Assembly: GCA_964016885.1 (NCBI GenBank)
Contig: OZ024745.1
Coordinates: 86,056,001-86,120,000, forward strand
Length of the DNA stretch: 64,000 nt
Origin: Eledone cirrhosa
Taxonomy: Eukaryota
Direction: 5' to 3'
Below, in pieces: positions 54,011 to 64,000 of the stretch (its first letter is position 1; each line of letters begins with the position of its first letter). A program made the translations under genes and the position numbers. The notes beneath the pieces are model-generated. The model was given only the letters and a program-made list of their open reading frames with translations. It did no database searches and had not been told where the DNA came from.

Positions 54011-56470
54011 TCATCTGTTAGTGAAAGGACCTTATGATGAAAGGTAAATTAAGGGAAACTTTGAAGGATAGGGAGAGCTGACTGTCATCTGTTGTCAGTG
54101 AAAGGACCTTATGGTTACTGTTGCAACGTCCAAACTGGCTTGAGTTCTACGACTCTGGAGATGTCAACACTGTACTCCAGAACATCCTGAGCTCAATATA
54201 GACAGCATGTGCAGCATCGGTGCCACGTAAGCAGAAAAAACATCCCAAAAGTGCAATTTGGGAGACTGCAGCAGTCCGTCTTGCCAGAAAAGAACGTTGT
54301 AATGCTGAATGTGAGTACAAACTGCATAAATCAGATATCAATAGAAAGAAGCGAAATAAATCATCCAATCATCTCAAACAGGTGACAAAAAAGGCAGTGC
54401 TTCAATTTGAGCAGCGCATAGCAGCCAGCCCTGACTGTAAGGTGTTCTGGAAGTATGTTCCCTCAAGCAGAGGCCTCACTCTCCAGTTGGTCCTCTTCGC
54501 AATCCCCACACAAGCCAGGTTACTGACGACCCCAAGGAATGTGCAGAGCTCATTGCTGAATGCTATGCTGGCATTTTCACTATTTAAGACCAGAGTGTAC
54601 CGTCTCCACCACCTCTGACATCGGATTCTATTACAACTATGGAATTTACACCTGCAATGCTGCGACATCTTAAAAATAAACACAATCATGCCTCTCCTGG
54701 TCTTGATGGTGTTACGTACCTGCTTCTCAAACGTGGTGGGTACTTCCTTTTGCACTAGCTATCACGCTTCTTCCAATTCTGTCTGAACAACGGTGCTACT
54801 CCAGAACAGTGGAAAACTGCCAGTGTCATTCCTCTGTTCAAAAAGGGTGACCGCACATCACCTGTGAACTATCGTCCAGTCAGTCTTACTAGTTGCATTG
54901 CCAAGCTGATGGAATCCTGTGTCAGAGAAACGCTTTGGAACTTCTGGAACTCTCACAGTCTTATCCGGCCCTCGCAATTTGGATTTATCCCTAACTCCAG
55001 CTGCTGTGATCAACTTATAGAGTTTCTTGAAGACATCACCCGGATCACTGATGGCGGCTCATGGGTGGATGTTGTTTACCTTGACTTTGTTAAAGCTTTC
55101 AATTCTGTGCCACACAAGAGACTTATGGCAAAACTCTCTGCAATGGGTGTGAAGGATGATCTTTTTAACTGGTTGAAGTCCTTCATTCTCAGTCGAAGAG
55201 AGGTAGTCACGGTTCTAGGACAGCATTCCTCACCATATGAGATGTCAAATGGTGTACCACAGGGATCTGTTCTTGGTCCCCTTTTGTTTGTGGCATATAT
55301 TAATGACATAGATGCCAACTTAAAGAATGCCACAGTACTGAACTATGCAGATGACATCAAGCTGTACCTTGAGATAAAAAGGACCGATCCTAAACACTAT
55401 AGATCTTGCCTGCAATCTGACCTGGACACAATGCAACAATGGATCACAGACTGGCAACTCAAGTTAGCTGGAGACAAGTGTACCACCATGCATTTTGGGA
55501 GTAAAAACCCAGCGTCCACATACTCCCTCCACAACACTAATATCAAGAAGTCTTTTTGTGAACATGACCTGGACATTACAGTCAGCAGAAATTTGCGTTG
55601 GACGAAGCACGTCTCTAAAATTGTCAAGAAGGCCGAGGGTATCTTAGCATCACTCAGCAAGCCCTTTGTCAGCCATTCTCCAGCTATCTATTTAAAGCTG
55701 TATATAGCTATGGTGTGGCCACACTTAGAATTTGCATCACCAGTCTGGAACCCCTATCTTGCTCAGATCATTGACTGCTTGGAAACTGTTCAGAGACGTG
55801 CAACCAAGCGAATACCCTCCATCAGGCATCTACCATACTTTGAACGCCTTGCTTCCCTGGGCAAGGATACATTGAAGCTCTGATGTCTGGCAACTGACTT
55901 GGTAAACACCCACAAAATTATTAACCATCTTGCCAACAACAACCCTGAGTACCTTTTTGATTTCCATGTGTCTAACACACGTGAGCATGCCCACAAAGTC
56001 AGAAAACAGCACAGCTCCCACGACTTTCGGAAACATTTTTTCACGCTCAGAGGTTGCTGAAGCATGGAACAAGCTACCTGCATCAGTTATTAGCTGTCGA
56101 GACACTGCATCCTTTAAAACCTCCATGCTTCCTGAAATTCGCCAACACTACACCTAATATTCCCCCTCCATACACACAAGCACACATGTATATCATGACT
56201 CACACTATTCACTTCCCTGACATTTGTATATTATTCTATGTACTATACATGCACCTTAGACGAGTTGTAGAGCACCTGAGCACTGTACACAATAATTTCA
56301 TTATTATTATTATGATGGTCAACTAAGGGAAACTTTGAAGGGTAGGGAGAACTGTCTGTCATCTGTTAATGAAAGGACCTTATGATGGAGGTAAATGAAG
56401 GGAAACTTTGAAGGCTAGAGAGATCTGACTCGTCTGTTGTCAGTGAAAGGACCTTGTGATGAAAGTAAAT
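54011..56470. repeat. ~72-bp minisatellite (about 4 units) split by a CR1 insertion
   Basis: TCRTCTGTT..TGAAAGGACCTT units at 54011, 54085, 56359 and 56430. Confidence 0.85.
54114..56313 (+). mobile_element. 5'-truncated CR1 LINE (RT region), (ATT)n tail
   Basis: NYRPVSLTS, QFGF, YLDFVKAF, GVPQGSVLGP, YADD, LEFASPVWNP, LETVQRRATK; several stop codons. Confidence 0.95.
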
Positions 56471-56481
56471 ATAAAGAACAT

Positions 56482-56700
56482 TCTTCTTCTTCACCTACTT
56501 ATTCCTGAGAGGGTCGTGGGAGCTGAGTCCTCAAACACTCCTTCCGGCAGGTCCTGTCAGAAGCAACCATCCCCAACTGATCCTGCTGGATCCCCAAGTG
56601 AAACAAGCCAAGCTCATGGATGTTATTCAACCATCTTGCTCAGGGTCCACCCACCTGGGTCTCCTGCCAGTTGGTTTCCCTGTAAAAGAACATTCTCTCG
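56482..56700 (-). mobile_element. (GAA)-tailed retroposon 3' fragment
   Basis: Matches the copies at 33850, 44438 and 44955. Confidence 0.75.
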
Positions 56701-56861
56701 GATGAAATAGTATTGTTCTACAGACCTAGCCAACGTATTTTATGTAGAGTAGCCTATTTAAGTTAATTATTTGACTGTCCTCTAGTTTAATGGTGAGAAA
56801 TGTCATTTCCTGCACTTTTAGCCATTATTTTTTTTTTATTGTAATATTTGTTTTAATACAG

Positions 56862-57067
56862 CTGCAGCAGCAGGTTCATCCGGTGTTGTAGTTCAAGCTG
56901 ATGGTGATGATGAGGATGAGGAAGAAGAGGAAGATGAGGAACCAGCAGCCCCAGTTAAGGTTGTTGATCCTGTTACTGGGAATGTTACGATGGTTGCACC
57001 ACCAAAGAAGAAAAAGAGAAGGAGATCGAAGAGGCACAATCTATCAAACAAGAAACAGGATTTCCAG
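56862..57067 (+). CDS. MYOF: Ferlin internal exon, C2A-C2B linker to start of C2B
   Basis: TACAG acceptor, GTTAGT donor, phase 1 to 0; ends LSNKKQDFQ, matching myoferlin LSNKPQDFQ at the C2B boundary. Confidence 0.92.
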
Positions 57068-57231
57068 GTTAGTACTATTATAACTGTGTGTGTGTGAGAG
57101 AGAGAGGGGAAAAGAAATTGAAAATGAAACTGGAGTCTTTTAAGAATATTTATTTACCGAGTTCTCGGTTCTTATAATTTCCAAAAGTAAAATTGAGATA
57201 GAGGGTTTGTTTCTATTGTGGTGTGTCTCGC

Positions 57232-57277
<46 letters not shown>

Positions 57278-57536
57278 TACATATACATACAGGGAGTGTA
57301 ACGTGAAGTTACTGTAGGTACCCAGGTGAGCACTCGATGTTTAAGTTCACATCAGTTGCGAGATGTAGAGCTAGACAGTGTAATATGATAATTCAAGGAT
57401 GATTTATTAAGCCTTCATTACGTTTATTATTATATATATATATATATATAATTACATATGCATGCATGCGTGCACACACACACACACATGCATGTGTGCA
57501 TATATATTTGTAGAGAGAGATAGATACTTACATGCA

Positions 57537-57587
<51 letters not shown>

Positions 57588-58064
57588 CAAGTAAAGAAAT
57601 GTTGGTTGATCAATTAGTCTGCCGGCTGTAGTTTTGTAAACATGTAAAGCACTCAACGATTTGGGTTCCTTAAATTATTGTCAATAAGATATCAAATGGA
57701 GTGTCAATATTATAAAGGAGATGGTTTTAATCCTCTATTTATATATAGTAAATAGTGGATGTACACTTAAAACCGTCTCTCTTCTTTATATGATGATATA
57801 TATATATATGTGTATATATCATCATCACTCTTACGTTTGTTTTTCCATGTTTATGCTTTTCATGTGTTTATTCTTAAATTCTCATCATCCCAGTCATTTT
57901 TAACCCTTTAACTCCATAAGTTTCTCTTTACAACTTCCTCTCTGTAAATTTTTTTATTCACAACAATACAAATTTTAGTCTTTTCACTAAACAAACGTTC
58001 CTTAATAGATTTGTTAAAGTACATGAAAGGAGAAAGGCAACTTAACCAAAACTCCTCCAAGGCA

Positions 58065-58457
58065 AAACCTTGTCACTCAAGTCCAATTGTCCTTATCTTC
58101 TGATACCTATGAAACCTGGTCACTCAAGTCTAACCATTATCTCCTGATACCTATAAACCCTAGTCACTCAAGTCCAAACATTATATTCTGATATCTATAA
58201 AACCTGGTCACTCAAGTCTAATTGTCTTTATCACCTGATATATGTAAAACCTGGTCACTCAAGTCCAACCATTATCACACCATCACCTGATACCTGTAAA
58301 ATCTGGTCACTCGATTCCAATCATTATCACACCATCTCCTGATATCTGTAAAACCTGTTCACTCAAGTCCAACCACCATCACCTGATGTTTGTAAAACCT
58401 GGTCTCTCTCAAGTCCAATCATTATCACACCATCTCCTGATATCTGTAAAACCTGGT
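58065..58457. repeat. ~40-50-bp minisatellite (~9 diverged units)
   Basis: AAAACCTGGTCACTCAAGTCCAA...CCTGATA units. Confidence 0.92.
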
Positions 58458-58710
58458 AAATTAAGTTATTATAATCATACTCCAACCTGATATTTGACTG
58501 TCCATTAAGTCACTTTGCATTAACAAAGTATTTTCCATAGGAATGACTTTCTGCATAGAAAACACTGGGCATAGTTCAGAGTTTAGGGTCTGAGTTGGAG
58601 GAAACGATTTAGGTGACAAGGTGAGAGTTGAGAGCATTTGAGGATGCCTGAGTTAGGGCAGCATGACCAGCCAGTTCCAAGAAGCAGATCCCATTGGAGT
58701 AGCAAGAGAT

Positions 58711-59061
58711 TTTAGGCGGGCGATGGTCGTCAGTCATCCCATCCAATTGGTTATTGTTTACTGGCACATAGTCAAACAAAGAAGGAACATACCTCAATTT
58801 TATGTTATAAAAACATTTTTAATAGGGGCAATTACAGAATATATACAAATACATTAGTCCTCCTAGGTTGGGATATATTTAAGTCGTCTTATACTGCTGC
58901 ATGGTGTGATGTCATCCTTTGGATGACTGCATAGAGATAGCACGTCTATTTTCTCCGAGCTCTCATTGTCCAAGTGTTATTGTCTCAGCTACTGACGTCA
59001 GAACTAAGGGCAGTTAATCGACTGCCTTCACAGTCGACGCTAGATGGCATGATCTTCTACA
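58711..59061 (-). repeat. 3' LTR (351 bp)
   Basis: Direct repeat of 63379-63781. Confidence 0.95.
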
Positions 59062-59394
59062 TGGCCTCCCACCAGATTTTTAGAAAATTAAATAAAAATC
59101 GGTTCATCAAATCATGTATGTAGAAAAACCGATTAGCAACCATCAAAAATCCCAAACCAAGGAGCAATCAGCCCAACCGAGCCTGAAGAGCACAACAAAT
59201 TTCAAAAATACATATTAAACAAGCATTCAAGAACGTGAAAGGAAAAAACAAATGTAATAAAATGTAAATACAATTTCCTAAAAGTTCCAATAGTCACTAC
59301 AGGATTAAAGCACCGCACAATAGCAGTTTAAAAATATACCATGCTACACAGTTTTTTGGGCCAATGAACCCTCCGACCGGAACGGGTCGTAGTC

Positions 59395-62200
59395 TTATAT
59401 CTTGGTGATGGGGAGGGGGGGGGGGGGGGGGACCAAAGAAACAGGTGTGTGTGCAAAAGAGAAAGATGGGGGTGTATGTGGCTCAGGTATGTAAGCATCT
59501 GTGTGGGCCCGTTTAAGTCTATCAACCGCAATGGTCTCTCTGGATCCCTTAATGTCTACAGTGAAATGTTTATCAGAACAAGCCAACACACGGTAGGGTC
59601 CAGAGTACGGTTGTGTGAGAGGTGGTCTCACAGCATCGTTTCTTACGAACACATGGGTCCACAAGGCAATATCCCTCGGGACTGCAGATTTTACAGTTTG
59701 TTTCCTCGTATCCATCGGCGGCAGGTCCTGAAAATAAGAACGCAGACGGGATACGTAGGAAAGCGGATCTTGTGCAGCAAGATCGACAGGGGCAAGCATT
59801 TGCCCAGGCAACGCTAGAGGAGCACCATACAATAATTCGGCCAGGGAGAACCCAAGGTCCTCCTTTATTGATGACCGAATCCCCAACAACACAATAGGGA
59901 GGTACTCGCTCCAACGCGTAGTCAGAAGTCCGTAGAGCGGCTTTTAGTTGTCGGTGGAAACGCTCCACCATTCCATTAGAGGCAGGATGATATGTAGCCG
60001 TTCGGATGCGTTTAGCGGCGATAATTTTCGTTAATTCATGGAAGAGATTCGATTCAAACTGTCTTCCACGGTCCGTTGTAATCGTGGTTGGCACTCCAAA
60101 GCGGGCAATCCATCCTGTCGTTTCAGCAGGGATGTCTTTCAAAGGGATGGCTTCAGGCCATCACGAAAAACAATCAATAACAGTCAATAGATAAGTATGA
60201 CCACCACTGACTGGCCAAGGTCCCACGATGTCCACATGAATGTGCCGGAAACGGGCGTCCGGTGTACTGAACGTACCGAGCGGAGCCTTAACGTGTTTAT
60301 GGATTTTCGATTTCTGGCAAGCAATGCAGGAACGGGACCAAGCAGTAATATCGCGCCTCATATTTGGCCAGAAGAATCTGGCTATTATGAGCTTTACTGT
60401 GGCAGAAGATCCTGGGTGGGAAATGCTGTGTAAAACAAGAAACACAGTACGACGATGGTTTAGCGGGACGAATGGTCTCGGTGAATCCATGGAAACGTCG
60501 CAGAGAATCTGTCCGTCAGCGGTGGGCAATGGCAGGTATTTCAAATTACTCATCGCAAATTCGGCTGATGTAATATCCAACGATTCCAGTGCAGGTTGGT
60601 CTGCTGCCAAGTGATTTAAATTGGTCGTGGGATGACGCAATTGAACTGATCGGCAATCGAGACAGGGCGTCAGCCGCTGTGTTTAATGAGCCTGGAATGT
60701 GTTGGATGTCATTTGTGAATTGCGAGATAAAGTCGAGATGCCTTGTTTCTCTGGGCGAGTACTTGTCGGACTTTGCCCTTAAAGCGAAGGTCAAAGGTTT
60801 ATGGTCAGTATAGATTGTAAAACACCTTCCTTCGAGCATATGTGAAAAATGTTTCACGCAAACGTAGATGGCTAACAGCTCCCGGCCAAAGGTGTTGTCG
60901 CGAGTTTCTGCAGGCTTCAACTTCCTGGAGAAAAATTCCAATGGTTGTTGGCGATCGTCACTACTCTGTTGTAAGACTGCATCCATTGCAGTATCCAACG
61001 CATCAACACAAAGTGAAAGCTTGGCATTGGACACTGGGTGGGCCAGCAAAGATGCACTAGCCAATGCTGATTTGGCTTTTTTAAAATCCTAGAGCTGAGT
61101 CTGAGTCAAAGAGATGTCCTTATTTTTCTTGCGGCAATTTTTCAGCATCTCAGTAAGAGAGAAGAGTAGATTAGCACAATGCGGGACAAAATGTCTATAG
61201 AAATTTATCAGTCCTAGGAATTGTCGTAACTGACGAAGTGAGGTCGGCGGAGGCAAATCCTCTATAGCCTGAACTCGTTGAAGGAGGGGTCGAATACCCT
61301 CGGAGTCAATGACATGACCTAAAAAATTCACCGAAAACATATTTTGTGGTATTTATTTGAACACTGTAATCCTTGAGTCGACAAAACAAAAGATTCAAAT
61401 GACGTATGTGTTCTTAATAGGATATCTATCCGGGACAGTTATAGCATTTAACTTCCTATAATCCCCAGTGGGTCTCCAGTCGCCAGAAGTCTTGGGTACC
61501 ATGTGCAACGGAGAAGCCCAAGGGCTCGTAGTCGGGCGAATTATGCCTAGCTGCCGCATGTGGTCGAACTCGGACCGTGCTGCCTTCAATTTGTCCACAG
61601 GCAAGCGACAAGGCTGTGAGAACATTGGGGCGCCACTTGTAGAGATAAAATGCTCCGTTGTGTGAGTCGGTTCGAAAACTCGAAAATTTCCCTGAGTAAG
61701 CTGTGGGAAAGAATTCAACAATGCATGATAGGGATTCCCAGCATTAGTGATGAAAAAGGTCGGGCTAACTGTTGGAAAAGTAGCTTTCTGGCCACAAAGA
61801 GAAAAACCAGTAATGTCGTCTACTAGGCGTCGGCTACGGACGTCCACCGTCAATGCAAAATGGTGTAGAAAATCCGCTCCCAAGATCGGATATGGTAGGT
61901 CAGCAACCGTAAAAATCCATTTGAATTCTCGTCGAAGATTTCTGAATTGCAGAGGAAGCGAGATTTGTCCAAAAGTCCGTATCGGCGAATGATTGGCAGC
62001 TTGTAGAATTCAACAATGCATGATAGGGATTCCCAGCATTAGCGATGAAAAAGGTGGGGCTAACTGTTGGAAAATTAGCTTTCTGGCCACAGAGGAGTTA
62101 CTGTCATACAATTGACAGGCAAATACTGCACAAAGCTCCGGTGTCTACGAGGAAGGCTCTTCCAGACAGGAGGTCCTCTATGAAGAAATGGCGGTTCCGT
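59395..62200 (-). pseudogene. Gypsy pol remnants (protease, partly deleted RT, RNase H, integrase)
   Basis: FLVDTGA; [34 protein letters not shown]; VDA, RELLAIY, TDHKPL, ADALSR; [33 protein letters not shown]. Confidence 0.93.
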
Positions 62201-62228
62201 TTTGTCTCGCAGAGTTCACTTGCTACCT

Positions 62229-62962
62229 TTAGTGACTCTGATCCACATTTCCCGAGGCCAAATAATTACACGGAGGCCAGCAATGATTTGCCTTATCCGC
62301 GAAGGTAGCATGATACCAGCACAATGATGGGTTGCTGGCTGGCGAAGTAGTACGCTGACGTGGAGTCGCGGAAGAACGCGAACGACTCCTAGGCCGCCGG
62401 GAATACGGCCTATTCTCCCTGCATAATCGAGCGACTTGCTGCGTCAAAGCGTCAATAGCCTTCAACATGGCATCCTCGTGTGTCAAGGCGGGCTGGTTCA
62501 AATGAGAGGAAGCAATACGCGAGTCTGAGGCGGTAGCCTTTTTAGAAAATTCCATGATTCGATCCGCGGAGGCAGCAATATGCTCCAAAGAGCTGGTGTC
62601 CATTATATTTGCCAAAATAATTTTTTAATAAAGGAATTATCCTGTTCAGGCGATTCACTGAGGTCCCTAATGTGGCGCAAAAATTCGGACGGCGACCTAT
62701 CGCCTAGATACTCATCCTCCAACAATGAACAAAATCTGCTCTCAGCAGAACGACTGTTCCTTCGAAGAATTTCTTCCCGCAACGAGTCATAAGAAATACT
62801 GCCCGACAGGTTCGTAATCAAATCTTTCACTGTTATAGCGAGTGAAGAAGGAATACCACTTATCAAAAAGTTGAGCTTTTTCTCGGTTTTTACTTTGTTG
62901 GCAGCAAAATAAGCATCCAGCTGCGCAAACCAGAGTTTAGTATCACCTGAGAACGCACGCAA
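62229..62962 (-). pseudogene. Gypsy gag remnant
   Basis: LWFAQLDAYF, LGDRSPSEFLR, CWYHATFADKANHCWPPC motifs typical of this Gypsy group. Confidence 0.88.
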
Positions 62963-63344
62963 TCTATTACCACATGGACGAATAAAAGTAAGTAATGTTC
63001 AAAACGACGGGAAAACAGCACAATTTTCCCTAAACATCCATAAAGTTGCCGCCGGCAAAAGAAATTCAGTCACAGTACAAGAAATAGCAGCGAAAATCCA
63101 AAAGGTAGAATCTGTGGAACAAGCTAGCCATGATCGAACAAGATGGCGTCGCATTTCTTTTCCAAAACAAGAATATGGTCGCGTGACGAGGCTAAGCCAA
63201 TCAGATGGCTGCATTTGAAGAAGACAAACAATGTGTGGGAATGTTAGCTGGCCAGTCAGCCATGTTGGAAAAAAAAAAAAATTTTTTTTTCTTTTTTGTG
63301 TAAGACGAACAATTTTCAATTTAAAACGAATGGCGAAATTAAGT

Positions 63345-63377
63345 AGGCTGCGTGTTCAGATCACGTCGGGGTCACCA
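63345..63377 (-). other. Primer binding site complementary to the tRNA-Trp 3' end (extended)
   Basis: The plus strand reads AGGCTGCGTGTTCAGATCACGTCGGGGTCACCA, i.e. tRNA-Trp positions 44-76 including CCA. Confidence 0.92.
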
Positions 63378-63378
63378 C

Positions 63379-63781
63379 TTTAGGCGGGCGATGGTCATCA
63401 GTCATCCCGGCCAATTGATTATTGTTTACTGGCACAGTCAAACAAAGAAAGGGAAGGACAGAGGAACAGTCCCTACACCCCAGGATGAGCAGTGCCTCAG
63501 CCATGCCCCATGGACAAAACATTTTTAATAGGAGCAACTACAGAATATATACAAATACATTAGTGCTCCTAGGTTGGGATATATTTAAGTCGTCGTATAC
63601 TGCCGCATGGTGTGATGTCATCCTTTGGATGACTGCATGTAAATAGCACGATAAAGATAGCACGGCTATTTTCTCCGAGCTCGCATTGTCCAAGTGTTAT
63701 TGTCTCAGCTACTGACGTCAGAACTAAGGGCAGTTAATCGACTGCCTTCACAGTCGACGCTAGATGGCGTGATCTTCTACA
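63379..63781 (-). repeat. 5' LTR (403 bp)
   Basis: Direct repeat of 58711-59061, adjacent to the PBS. Confidence 0.95.
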
Positions 63782-64000
63782 AGATAAAGCAGTAGGGTCT
63801 TGCCTAGCCCTATTGTTACCATATTTCTAATAAAATATTTTGTATTTTAATTATTTAATGAATAATTTTTTGCGAAGATTTAAAAAAAAAAAATTATAAC
63901 AAGAAAATTTCTTGTAAAATTATGTTGGAAGGTTTTAATATAAAAAAAACCTTTAAAATGAGTTGTTTTGATTCATAGAAACACAGTTTGGGAAAGGTTT

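Larger units (their letters stand above)
58711..63781 (-). mobile_element. Full-length decayed Gypsy/Ty3 LTR retrotransposon
   Basis: Two LTRs, AGAT TSD (58707-58710, 63782-63785), tRNA-Trp PBS, purine-rich PPT next to 59061, domain order gag-PR-RT-RH-IN. Confidence 0.96.

Noticed and set aside
56901-57083. ORF MVMMRMRKKRK...
   Set aside because: Wrong-frame reading of the ferlin exon.
58065-58457. Conserved repeat with variable intervening sequence (CRISPR-like)
   Set aside because: The intervening parts are homologous to each other; this is a diverged minisatellite.
63345-63377. tRNA-Trp gene
   Set aside because: Only the 3' 33 nt are present, with encoded CCA and adjacent to an LTR; it is a PBS.

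Overview
AT-rich, repeat-dense eukaryotic (animal) genomic DNA. The TA-microsatellite load and the Nin/Deu-core and RTE-tailed SINEs suggest an octopod cephalopod; this is an inference. The only host gene I can support is a type-I ferlin (myoferlin/dysferlin-like) on the + strand. Four internal coding exons (33665-33756, 48065-48164, 51989-52043, 56862-57067) splice in frame and encode most of C2A plus the linker up to the start of C2B. I could not find the first coding exons, so the left half of the window is probably intronic. Everything else is microsatellite or transposon: a full-length decayed CR1-group LINE in a (TA)n array, 5'-truncated Tx1/L1, RTE and CR1 LINEs, a full-length decayed Gypsy element (tRNA-Trp PBS, 4-bp TSD), mariner and piggyBac remnants, many piggyBac-type MITEs, two Helitrons and many SINEs. 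Nearly all long ORFs in the track are microsatellite artefacts, and there is no CRISPR or prokaryotic system. The most notable observations are: a 33-nt extended PBS with a substitution exactly at tRNA position 58 (m1A); a 145-bp-arm palindrome carrying a Penelope-type minimal hammerhead in both orientations; a CR1 ORF1 with a Myb/SANT-like domain; a covarying hairpin element family; and a MITE that captured an inverted copy of nearby DNA.
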